From the IMG/VR virus record IMGVR_UViG_3300044618_002542, positions 1 to 59,900 of that record: a stretch of DNA of 59,900 nucleotides. One strand, given 5' to 3'. The stretch comes from a virus. Taxonomy: Duplodnaviria > Caudoviricetes. The position numbers were made by a program, and so were the translations under genes. Below are positions 27,421 through 37,100 of the stretch, piece by piece; positions within the stretch are counted from its first letter, which is position 1; each line of letters begins with the position of its first letter. A model generated the notes under the pieces. The model was not told where the DNA came from. It saw only the letters and a program-made list of their open reading frames with translations, and ran no database searches.

Positions 27421-28412
27421 TACTTAAATAGCTCCTTGGGGCCGCCGAATTCTGGCCGCTTCCCGTCAAGCTTTCCGTCCGAAACATCGGCCAGAAACGA
27501 CGACCAGGGCGTAAGCGATTGGTCCGCGTCGTCCTGGCCGAAAATCCATTCGCGAATATCTTTCAGCCCTTCTGCGATCGTCTCTGTCAGCCCGATTACC
27601 TTGTTAGCGTAATTCACGGCCGAAGTGAACGCCGATAGCGTCTGAGCAAACCCGGCGCTGATTTCGTTCGATACTTCCGAAATACCATCCCGCAATTCGG
27701 ATTGTTCTTTAAGCAAGCCTTGTAGCGGCCCCGACATTGTTTCGGCACGCCGGACGCCCCGCTGTATTTCGTCCGCGTCGAATTGAGCGTAGGCCGCGGC
27801 CAATCCTCCCTCGTATTCACTGAGCCCGCGATTGAGGGCGAGAACCCCGGTATTCATCAGTTCCAGGCCACGAACCAGTCCGGTAACTGCCGTCGCCGCC
27901 TTGATCGCCACGCCGGCGAAATCACTTACTGACGAAACCGCGGAAGAAAATGCCGCACCGATCCCGCTTCCCGGCTGATTTGGCGGCGGTTGGCCGGGTG
28001 CCGATCCAGGCGGGGCCGGTGGTGGTGGCGGCGGTGGACCCGCGGCCGATCCCGACGGCTGGGCCAAATTGCTTCCCGACGGAGCCGAAACCCCTCCTGG
28101 CTGCGTCGCCGCGGTCAAAATCCGGTTGAACCGCGCCGAAAACCGACGCTGGTAGAGCTCGTCAGGAACCGCACCGGCCGGCGCGTCTGCTAGTTCGTCG
28201 TCGCTGATTTCCTCTCCGGCCTGCATTCGCTCGACGAACGATTGTCGCATCGACTCGATATCGGAGGTGGGCTCGCTGGCCCCCTCTTTTTCGCCGAGCA
28301 ATCGCGGGAGCCCGGAGATGAACCGGATCCCGCTTCCGACCATTCCACGACCGCCGGACGTGATCGCCGCACCGCCGATCCCGCGAAGTAATGCGCCGAT
28401 GATCGGAATCAT
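27420..28412 (-). CDS. Short tape-measure-like protein (330 aa) with a Pro-rich insert
   Basis: Follows the frameshifted chaperone; Ala/Gly-rich helical C half; ATG 28412 overlaps the stop of the chaperone -1 frame. Confidence 0.55.
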   Translation of the reverse strand: MIPIIGALLRGIGGAAITSGGRGMVGSGIRFISGLPRLLGEKEGASEPTSDIESMRQSFVERMQAGEEISDDELADAPAGAVPDELYQRRFSARFNRILTAATQPGGVSAPSGSNLAQPSGSAAGPPPPPPPAPPGSAPGQPPPNQPGSGIGAAFSSAVSSVSDFAGVAIKAATAVTGLVRGLELMNTGVLALNRGLSEYEGGLAAAYAQFDADEIQRGVRRAETMSGPLQGLLKEQSELRDGISEVSNEISAGFAQTLSAFTSAVNYANKVIGLTETIAEGLKDIREWIFGQDDADQSLTPWSSFLADVSDGKLDGKRPEFGGPKELFK

Positions 28413-28980
28413 TGCCTCACCTGGGATAACGTAAACTGGTACTGATCGTAAGCGTACTTCGCCTCGTCTGGCGACTCGCAAACGCTGTTAAACCACGATG
28501 GGGTCAGTGTACCAAAATAAGAGGCGACGCCAGAACGAACTACCGCAGATTGCCGGACTTCTTCCCGCCGTCGGTTCAACCAGAGACCAAAGAATCGTTC
28601 GTAATCGGTTCGTTCGACGGCGGCGAGGTCGATTCCGTAGAGGGAGGCGAGGTCGGCGAAGTGTCGGTACTTTTTTTTAGCGTCAAGCAGTAGGTGTCAA
28701 ACGCCAGCATTAGTTCAAGCAGTTCGGAAATCGTCAGGCCGCGGCCGGATCCCGAAAGAGAATTGACGCGAAAAACGGTCTGAGCCGTTTTCGCGACTAC
28801 TGCCAGGGCGAGTTCGTCACCTTTTGCCGCATCGAACAAGTGTCGTTCGGTGAATTCTGGATGATCGCGAAGGGCCATTGCGACCGCGATCGGATCGGCG
28901 GCGCGAATTCGCTCGCCATCATAGAAGCGGAAAATCGACCGGCGCCGATTCCATAGCCATCGACGAATAAAACTGAACAT
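28409..28980 (-). CDS. Tail assembly chaperone pair (gpG 28576-28980; gpGT via -1 frameshift ending at 28409)
   Basis: CTA AAA AAA AGT slippery run (28670-28678); -1 frame KYRHFADLASLYGID...QVRQ ends at a TGA overlapping the next ATG. Confidence 0.8.
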
Positions 28981-29000
28981 GACTCAACCCTTGGTGGGCG

Positions 29001-29612
29001 TTACTGGAGCGTGCCGTTAAGCCACCCCGGAACCAAAGACGAATCGCGATTATAGACTACCCCGACGTTATTCGCATTGACCGTTCCGTAGTAATGCCCG
29101 ACGGGTACGCGGTGGGCCTCAAAACTGAACGAAAGGACCGAAAATTTCGTTCCCTGGCCGCATTCGACCGGATCGCCGACAACGCAACACGGGAAGTTTC
29201 GAAAAAACCAGTCCTTGCCGGCGTCGGCTTCGCCAAACGGGATCGGGTTCGACTTGCTTGGGGCAATCACGATCCGGAACGACCGATCCCGCAACAACAA
29301 CGAACCGATTTCGGCATCGGTAATCCGGCCCTCGACTGCGTTGACGTTGTGAGATTCAATCAGGCGTTTCACGGCCGGATCCCACCGGCTGAGCGAAAAT
29401 TGACCGCGGACGATCATGCCGAGTTGCTGTTTTTCGATCGGCGGCCCTTGTGGTCCCCCGTGCGAATCGCCGGGCACGTCATGGGTAAATTTCTGGACGC
29501 TGAGCCGGGTTTCGTCCATCTGCTCGCCGATCTTAACGAGCGTTGAATAGTTGTTTCCGGGGAATCCGATATACAACTTCGACGCCCCGGCGACTTGAAT
29601 GTATTCCGGCAT
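29001..29612 (-). CDS. Putative major tail tube protein
   Basis: Size and position between adaptor and chaperone; beta-rich. Confidence 0.6.
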   Translation of the reverse strand: MPEYIQVAGASKLYIGFPGNNYSTLVKIGEQMDETRLSVQKFTHDVPGDSHGGPQGPPIEKQQLGMIVRGQFSLSRWDPAVKRLIESHNVNAVEGRITDAEIGSLLLRDRSFRIVIAPSKSNPIPFGEADAGKDWFFRNFPCCVVGDPVECGQGTKFSVLSFSFEAHRVPVGHYYGTVNANNVGVVYNRDSSLVPGWLNGTLQ

Positions 29613-30121
29613 TATCGGCCCCTTGGAAGTCTACTGTCTGGCACAGGAAAGTATCGGCCCATTCGGACCGTTAAATCGTTGCGGTTTTCCAAATCAACGA
29701 CGGAAGGGCCGCCGATATCAATTACGCTTGCGTCAATTACCGACGGCAGGCCAAAAACGTTTTCGCCCCGCATAAGTGCTTGAATCGCGTCGCGGGAATT
29801 CTTGGTTAATCGGTCGATCATGTCGCCATCAGCGGCCTCGGGTCGACGCTGGTAAAGCGCCGCCATCGCCAAGCCGCAGACGATCCGCTTTAAGTGGGAC
29901 AACGCGCCGCCGGTCAGTCCCGAAAGCTGGTTGACGGTGTATCGACCGCCGGCCAGCAATGCCGCCTCAACCTCCCCGGAAGCGTCTTCAAGGGCTACCG
30001 CCACCTTGGTTGACGTAGCGACCAAATCGCGATCTTGCGTCGCTCGATCGTCGGTCGCTAGGTCGCCGACTAGATCGACATCGTATCTGTCGATCAGGTC
30101 TTGTCCGGTTGCGTAGGCCAT
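29612..30121 (-). CDS. Head-tail adaptor, Mu gp36/DUF1320-like
   Basis: MAYATGQDLIDRY...ALEDASGEVEAAL..RY...LKRIVCGLAMAALY..R. Confidence 0.85.
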   Translation of the reverse strand: MAYATGQDLIDRYDVDLVGDLATDDRATQDRDLVATSTKVAVALEDASGEVEAALLAGGRYTVNQLSGLTGGALSHLKRIVCGLAMAALYQRRPEAADGDMIDRLTKNSRDAIQALMRGENVFGLPSVIDASVIDIGGPSVVDLENRNDLTVRMGRYFPVPDSRLPRGR

Positions 30122-30154
30122 TGCTGCCAGGGAGGGTTACGGGTCGGGAGTCGA

Positions 30155-31210
30155 TCAGGCCGTGATTACGTCTTTGAAGACGAATCCCGACGCCGAAGCG
30201 GTGATTACCGCGTCGAAATCGTCAACGACGTGACCTTCGAGCCGTCGGTGCTTTTCGTCCTTAAATTCTTCGACGGTCATTTCCTCATACATGAAGAGGC
30301 AGCATGTCGAGAAATTTGGACCATTTCCCGCCGGCGCGACGAGCGAACCGGGGCGAGCCATCAAATAGGCGCGTCCGGGAGTCGCCACGAAACTTCGAGT
30401 CGCGGACGACGCCCCGCGGCGAGAGGTCACCTTGACCGTATCCTCGACGACCACCGGGTAGCCGTAGAGTTCATCCGGCAAGCCGTATTGGCTCCATCGG
30501 CCCGCCTGCCCCTTCACCTGAGCGTAGGCATCCGGCGACCCCTTGATATGGTCGACGATTTCTTGGCATTCGCTGATCCGGTGGGCCGTTTCAACGTCCA
30601 GGACGAGCCTCAAGTCTTTCTTCCGGACAACCGAAAGCGTCGATTTGAGGATCACTTCGGCCGCGTAATTTAACGACCGCTTAATGTCCTGCCTCGCGAC
30701 GGTGGAAGCGTCCCACGGGCCGGTATTGCCCGAAATGTCGTCAACGGCGATTACATGGCTCGATTCCCAATTCGAATCATTGCCCAAAATCGCGTGGACG
30801 CGGGCCGTCCGGGCCGTCATGGCCTGTTGGGCCTTGATCGATTTGTGCGTCTCGCTGATCGCCCAATCGGCCTGCTCGACCGACTTGTTCCCAAGCTTGT
30901 ACGGGTAGTCATACCGCTTGGTGAAGTAATCGAGGTAACCGAAGCTCTCGGTCCCGTCGTTATTTTGCGGCCGATCGGCACCGTCGGGCCAAACGAATTC
31001 CGCCAAATCGGTACTGAGAATCCGGCCGGCTTCCTCGGTCGTGACTTTCAAATAAAACCCGCGGTCTTTCGTAACGGGCTTGAGTTGAATGTAGCTGTTC
31101 AGCGGGAATTGATCCGGGTTTCGGCTGAACCCGATCACCAATCCGCCAGTCGCCTCATGGTCGGGGACGTAAGTGTTCGATTGTCCCGGACGCACAAAAG
31201 TAGTCGTCAT
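30155..31210 (-). CDS. Major capsid protein (HK97 fold)
   Basis: 351 aa between the decoration gene and the adaptor; ends SGFVFKDVITA. Confidence 0.8.
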   Translation of the reverse strand: MTTTFVRPGQSNTYVPDHEATGGLVIGFSRNPDQFPLNSYIQLKPVTKDRGFYLKVTTEEAGRILSTDLAEFVWPDGADRPQNNDGTESFGYLDYFTKRYDYPYKLGNKSVEQADWAISETHKSIKAQQAMTARTARVHAILGNDSNWESSHVIAVDDISGNTGPWDASTVARQDIKRSLNYAAEVILKSTLSVVRKKDLRLVLDVETAHRISECQEIVDHIKGSPDAYAQVKGQAGRWSQYGLPDELYGYPVVVEDTVKVTSRRGASSATRSFVATPGRAYLMARPGSLVAPAGNGPNFSTCCLFMYEEMTVEEFKDEKHRRLEGHVVDDFDAVITASASGFVFKDVITA

Positions 31211-31306
31211 TTCGCGTTATCCTCTTTGTGGCTCGGGAGCCCGAAGCCTTACGGGTTGAGTAATGCCGCGGGAGACGAGCCCCCGCGGCTACGGAAGTTC
31301 AAAAAA

Positions 31307-32035
31307 TCAGGCGAGGACCGGCGTGGTCGCGGCGCCCGTTGCAACGTTGAGCCTTTCAACGACGACCCACTCGGCGCCGTCCCAAACGAGCCGAACTTGG
31401 TCGCCGACGTTGGAGAACGTGATCGTGGTCCCGTCCTTCAGGTTCGTTGGGGTCAAGGTGCCGTCTCCGCCGTCGACTACCAGGGTGATGACCTTTTGCT
31501 GGCCAACACTGGTTCCGTCGGCCAGGGTGCCGGCATTCGCGCCCGTGGTCGTCCAGTTCGTCGAGAACGAAGTGATGTTGATTGCGCCCGCACCAGAAAG
31601 AGACTGGACGCCGGCGGTAAGGACACCGTCGAGACCGTCACCGGTTACGACGCCGGCCATCACGGTTACCTTGCAGTTCTGATCGACAACGCAAGCCGCA
31701 TCGGCGATTGCCGAATAGGCTTCGCCAACGCCGGCGACGACGGCTTTTCCGTTGGCATCGGGCTTGAGCTTGTCCCCGGCGGCAATCGTTCCACCCGCCA
31801 CGACTTCGCAGGGCATCCCCTCGGTATAAACCAAGCAGGATTCGCCGGCCAAAGCCGCTTGAGCGGTGACGCCCGGCAGGGGAGCGTATCGCGTCCCTTC
31901 GTAGGAAACGCCGACGGACAAATCACCGGCGACGGCTTGAAGGATCCCCATATCGGTAGCGGTGTCCCGCTTGACGAATCGCGAGGGGAGGATCGTGCCC
32001 CGCGCGATGTAACTTCGTTGGCTATTGCCCGACAT
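31307..32035 (-). CDS. Capsid decoration/cement protein with an extra C-terminal domain
   Basis: EVVAGGTIAAGDKLKPDANGKAV motif typical of DUF2190-like cement proteins. Confidence 0.75.
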   Translation of the reverse strand: MSGNSQRSYIARGTILPSRFVKRDTATDMGILQAVAGDLSVGVSYEGTRYAPLPGVTAQAALAGESCLVYTEGMPCEVVAGGTIAAGDKLKPDANGKAVVAGVGEAYSAIADAACVVDQNCKVTVMAGVVTGDGLDGVLTAGVQSLSGAGAINITSFSTNWTTTGANAGTLADGTSVGQQKVITLVVDGGDGTLTPTNLKDGTTITFSNVGDQVRLVWDGAEWVVVERLNVATGAATTPVLA

Positions 32036-32095
32036 TTTCTATGCCTCGGTCTATTGCTGCGTGGGTAGGAAAACGCCCTTTCCGGGCACAAAAAA

Positions 32096-33793
32096 TCAGT
32101 GGCCGCCCATTTCTTCTTGGGCGAGCTTTTTGGCTTCGCTGTGGGTCAGCTTCCGGCCGGCCGCCAAGGCTTGCGTGTAGACCTCGACGGTCCGCGCCGC
32201 CAAATTGGCCTCATATCGCTCGGTTTCGACCGACCGCGACCGCTCGGGAAACACACCCTGGGGGATCATTCCCGTCGCGACGGGGGCCTTCGCGGCGTAG
32301 TGTTCGAGTTCTTCCAGGTGGGATGCGAATTGGTCGTCATCCATTTGGGAACCGGCTGAATAGAGGCACTTCGAGAATTCCCGGTCGGGCTCGACGAAAT
32401 GCGGGTATTGGTTGGCCAATTCGTTGATCGACGCCCGGCGGTTGGCGTCGGCCTCTCGCATCCGGACCTCGGCGAACCCGCGACGGAGGGCGGCGTGTTC
32501 TTCGAGCAATTCCCGGTGGCTCGACTCAAGGGCCGAATATCGCTCGGAAAGTTCCTCGTTCTGGTCGATGATCGCTTGGTACTGTTCGCGGCTCATTTCG
32601 TCATCCCCCTCGGCGGCGCCGAATCGGTTGGTCATGTACTGTTGATTTTGCTGGGGCATTCCCATCCCGCCGTAGGGCGACATGGAGCCGGCCCCGTACT
32701 TCGGCCCACAAGCGAACTTGTCCGATTCGTCAGGCTTTCCGCCCATTCCGCCGGGCTGTCCCATTCCTGGCGGTTGACTCGGGGCAGGCTGGCCCATTGC
32801 GGAAGTGGCCGGCGGCGGCTGGGCTCCCCCAACTGCGCCGGCGCCCACCGGCGCGGCTGACCCTCCCATACCGCCGCCGGCTGGCTCCATTTCCCCGCCT
32901 TGCTGCATCATTTGGCTAAGGAATTGAAATTGCGGCGTGCTTTGGATCGCTTCAAGAATCTGGGTAATGTCTTCGGGGGCTAGCATTTTCGCCTTCTCCG
33001 GCTGCGTGGGTGGGGTTCCGGTTGCGTACTCGTCGCGGTCGTCGTCGTCGGTCTCGCCCGGTATGTAGGTGTTCCCGCCACCAGGGAGGGCGGCGACGGC
33101 TTCGTAGATTTCCCGGTGGCCTCCTTCGGCCGCGTCGAATCCGTATTGGACCGGAAGCGGTAATCTGGGGGCTTCCGAAAGGGCAGCGATCGGGTCGATA
33201 TACGAACGGCCATTTGCCCGTAGGGTCAAAACTTCGACCGATCGGCGGGGGCGATCGCGGAAAGTGTGCGACTCGTCTCGGCGGCGGTGCTCGTCACCAA
33301 ACAGGGCGAATCGAGGGCTGACCCGGCCGATCATGCCGATTCTGAACGGCCCGGCGAATCCGATTGTCCTTGGCGGGATCGGGTCACGCTTCCCGCTCGG
33401 AAGGGTGTGCTTATCGACGATCGCGCTGTATGCGTCGGTGTCGGCAATTCGCAGATTGTTTTCGCGGACGATCGACTTAATCCGCTCGATATCGTTTTTC
33501 TTGACGATTTCGGCCCCGGTTTCGGGGTCGCGGGTCGCGGTTTCGTGCTCATGCCACAAGCAGACGTTCCGCCGACATTCAAACTGTTCCGGCGGGAAAA
33601 CGGCCTGAGCCCGTTCGGTTTCGGGGTCGCCGAAACTTGCGTCGCAAGCTTCCCAAACGACTTGGTTTCGCTGTGCGGGGTCAGGGAAGATCGCCATTAG
33701 TTCCCGATGTGCGCGAACCGTGTAATCTTCGCGGGATTCACCCGGAAGCGGTCGCGGCGCGGAAACTGGGAGTCGTGCGATCATTTGGTCCAT
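32096..33793 (-). CDS. Prohead protease/scaffold protein
   Basis: Globular N half (H...RRSVE...IAAL...PRL) and low-complexity/coiled-coil C half; directly upstream of capsid genes; start reassigned to ATG 33793. Confidence 0.7.
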   Translation of the reverse strand: MDQMIARLPVSAPRPLPGESREDYTVRAHRELMAIFPDPAQRNQVVWEACDASFGDPETERAQAVFPPEQFECRRNVCLWHEHETATRDPETGAEIVKKNDIERIKSIVRENNLRIADTDAYSAIVDKHTLPSGKRDPIPPRTIGFAGPFRIGMIGRVSPRFALFGDEHRRRDESHTFRDRPRRSVEVLTLRANGRSYIDPIAALSEAPRLPLPVQYGFDAAEGGHREIYEAVAALPGGGNTYIPGETDDDDRDEYATGTPPTQPEKAKMLAPEDITQILEAIQSTPQFQFLSQMMQQGGEMEPAGGGMGGSAAPVGAGAVGGAQPPPATSAMGQPAPSQPPGMGQPGGMGGKPDESDKFACGPKYGAGSMSPYGGMGMPQQNQQYMTNRFGAAEGDDEMSREQYQAIIDQNEELSERYSALESSHRELLEEHAALRRGFAEVRMREADANRRASINELANQYPHFVEPDREFSKCLYSAGSQMDDDQFASHLEELEHYAAKAPVATGMIPQGVFPERSRSVETERYEANLAARTVEVYTQALAAGRKLTHSEAKKLAQEEMGGH

Positions 33794-33798
33794 AAACG

Positions 33799-33859
33799 AA
33801 AAAAGCCGGCGGGCTGCAGGATTTCTCCCGCGGCCCACCGGCTCCGTTTTTCGGTTGCC
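33799..33859 (-). terminator. Intrinsic terminator overlapped by an upstream alternative hairpin (attenuator)
   Basis: 17-bp stem with GAAA loop and T6; GGC-AA-CCG-AAAAA-CGG-A-GCC shares GCC with the terminator 5' arm. Confidence 0.7.
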
Positions 33860-33893
33860 TAGTGGCTGTTTGGTGGTGGTCTAGTGGTTGGTA

Positions 33894-34109
33894 CTATAAC
33901 GACTTTTTATCAATGTCGCCAAGTATTTGAGTTTTTTCAGTTGCGATTTTCGACAATCGGATTTTCCCGTGCTGGACTTGAAGCTCAAGCCGCGCGGAAA
34001 AAAACTCGTTGATTTCAAGCTGTGACCGGATCGTCTTTGCGAATTCGGTCAGGACGCTGAATATCAACGACTCGTTTTCATCTTTCGCCATAGCTCGATT
34101 GTCGGTCAC
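33894..34109 (-). CDS. Small protein resembling DUF2292/YezD-like regulators
   Basis: Helix followed by FSARLELQVQHGKI beta-hairpin; sits just upstream of the attenuator. Confidence 0.55.
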   Translation of the reverse strand: MTDNRAMAKDENESLIFSVLTEFAKTIRSQLEINEFFSARLELQVQHGKIRLSKIATEKTQILGDIDKKSL

Positions 34110-37100
34110 CTGATCGCCTGAGTCAATCGAGGACGAAACGACCCGCCCGGTGAACTTACCCTGGCGGAATATCGCTCGGTGATCGCGAATCGACCGGCGG
34201 AGAACGGAACGAAATCATCGTCCTGCTGGCGTTCCTCCCGTTCCTCTTCCCATTCGGACGGGGTTCCCATTCGTTCGTAATCCGATCGGTCCCACGCCGC
34301 GTCGATAACTTCCGGCGAATCCTTGGCCAGTTTTTCGGGGATCCCGTCGCGTAGAAGTGCAAACAAAGCCCCCTCCACGTCACCGCCGGCACCTTTCATT
34401 TTCGGGGCCAGGATGTGTGGATATTCCCGCTGCGCAAACTGGGCCATCTGATCGAATCGGGAGATTTTGTCGTAATCACGGGCCGCCTTTACTTGGTTGA
34501 TAAAAGCCCCGGCATTTCGGCCATAACCCGCAAACGCCATGATTTCACGAATCGCCGACAACCGATCCTGAGCGTCGGAATTCATCTCTGAGAACGTTCG
34601 ATCGACGATTTTTCGAAACTCCCGAACGTCGGTCGGGTGGTCGCCGATTTTCTCGACGATCGCCTTTTCCAGTTTAGTCACGGGGACAAATTTCTTCCCG
34701 CCGGTCGCCTTGGCCTTTTTACGGGCCGCTTTGGCTTTCTCCTGGCTGTTGTCGGTTCGGTATTCGCCGGTTTCCTTGATTCGCTTGACGCTGCCAGGGA
34801 GGAATACGGGTCGGGCTTCGTCGCCTTCCCCGACAGTGATGAATCGGCCTCGGTCGCCGTAGGTGCCGGTTACGGTTTTCGGCTTCTTTTCCTTTTTGGC
34901 GGTGCCCGATCCGGCTCGGTATTGTTCGAGGAATCGATCGATTTGATCGGCTGAAAACATATCCCGTTGCCCCGGAAGCGACTTCCGGCTCTCGGCTCGC
35001 TTCTTTTCTTCCTCGTCGATTTGCTCAAGCAGACTCGCCGACGGTGCTTCACCCTTCCTGGCTGCCCGCTGATCGGCCTTGGTCGGTCGAACCATGTTGA
35101 ACAGCGACTTTTGGCCGGTGTTCATGTCATCGCCGCCGAATAGCGACGCCTGTTGACCGGGGACCATTTCGGGGGTGAAGGTTGACGGGTTGGGGGCGGG
35201 GGAGGGTTTAGATCCCGCCTGTTGCTTGCCGCGATCAAAAGCGACGCTGGCCGCGTTGGCGATCTTATCGGTAACGTCCCCACGGGAAACGGCGGAATTG
35301 ATCGCGGAATCAAATCCCTTTTCAAAGTCTTTGGCGGTCAGTTTCCCGGCAGTCTGCAGCGCCCGACCGAGATAAAACTTTCGTATGTCATCGTCCGAGT
35401 AGTTGTTGATCTTGCCGGTTTCGTACCAACTTGAAGACGATTCCTCGCCCGGCATTTTCTGCCCGGACGCTTCGCGGATCTTGCCTTTCATTGCCGATTG
35501 AGCGAACGGATGGGCGGGGGCGGGGGCGGGCTTCTTAATCGACTTCAAGTGATTGAAGTAGTCCATTTCCGTTTTGGTCGCCCTGAGCGATAGCGTATTG
35601 TCCTTCGGGTCGACAAACTCAAGATCGTCGCCAGGCGTGTAACCTTCTTCATGGAGCCGCTCAACCCACTCTCGCTTGCTTGTAATCTTTCCGTTCGACC
35701 TTACAAGTTTGTCGAGAGCCAATTTCGACTTGCCGAACTTCATCGGGTTGTCAGCCAAAAATCCTTTGTATGAATCAATTTCGGATTTTTTCTTGATTGC
35801 TGCGTCTGACTCTTTCTTTTCTTGCTCGGCAGCGATTCGCTTTCTTGACAAATCGTTTCTCTGGCTTATTTCCGCCGATTTTATCGCCTCGCTTTCGGTT
35901 GGATGAATTTCGTCTCCGAACGGCCTTTCGTTTTCGCTGAGTTTTACCATGAACTTTCCGCCCGATCGGTAGACGGAAAACCTTGGAATGCTTTCGTAAT
36001 CTTGCTGTGACTTTGGCTCGGGAATCCCGCTTCCCGCACCGCTCCCCGGCGCATCCGGATTCTGCCACTTGCTGACCGACTTGATATCCGTGCGGTGGTC
36101 CGGGTTCTTCGCCTTGGCCGTGTCGTTGATCGCGAACGTCACCCCGCTGTCCCGGTTCACTTGCGGCTTGCCATTGATAACCGGGTGAGCAACAACGGTT
36201 CCGAATCGAGACTTGAAAACCTCGTACTCTTGGCCGGTCGAATCGGTGAACCGGTCGCGGGCTTGCAGGTCGGCGGCTTCGGGGGTGGTCTGTGTTTCAG
36301 TTTTTGCCACTGACGTTTTTGGAGCAATGTCCGGATAGTCGGCCAAAACTTCCGGGCGAACTGGCTTGCCCATTGCCATAGCCATCCGAACTTGCTTTCG
36401 GTGCTGCGACTTGTCGAAGTCCGAAAACTCATCGCCAGATTCCGCAAACTGGCCTTTCCTTTCGGCGATGGTCTGTTCATGGCTTCCGTCAAGAATGTTT
36501 TCGATTGACGTCGGCACTTCTTGATACTGTGGGCGATTGTTCTTGTCTTTCACCGGACCGCGTTTTCCAGGTTGCACCCATTCGCCCGTTTGCGTGTCGT
36601 AATACTTGTAGAACCCCATCGGTCTTTTGCTTTTGAAGTCTGCGATGTCGTCGGTGTGGTCCTCTGCTTCAAATCGCCCCTGCCGTTTGCTGACAACGAT
36701 AAAGCGCCCTGAGGCTGGCTTTTCGGCTTCAGCCGCCGGCTTCCCCGATTCCGCCGGCTTCCCTTCCGCCGCCTTCTCCGCCGGCTTCGCACCACCGCCC
36801 TTCCCAATCTCCCCGATCTTCATTCCATCGAATTTCCCGCCCATCCCCGCTTTAATCGTCCCGTCTTTCTTGTCGATCATCACGGGTACGCCCTTCGTGC
36901 CCGCGCCGTTTGGGTGAACGGTGATCCAATCGAACATTTGCTGACCAGGGGAGGATTTCAGCTTGCGTGCGGCGTACTGCTCGACGGATAGGCCAAGCAA
37001 GTCCGCCATAAATCGATCGACCAAGGAATCGGCGGCGGAATACTGGGAGGATTTCGGCTTTTCTTTATCGTTCAAAATGATGGCCAATTCGCTTACCCCG

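Noticed and set aside
30755-32068. 437 aa plus-strand ORF and many similar antisense ORFs (e.g. 20181-20933, 10867-11499, 14350-14967)
   Set aside because: They shadow well-supported genes on the opposite strand, as expected in GC-rich DNA, and show no motifs.
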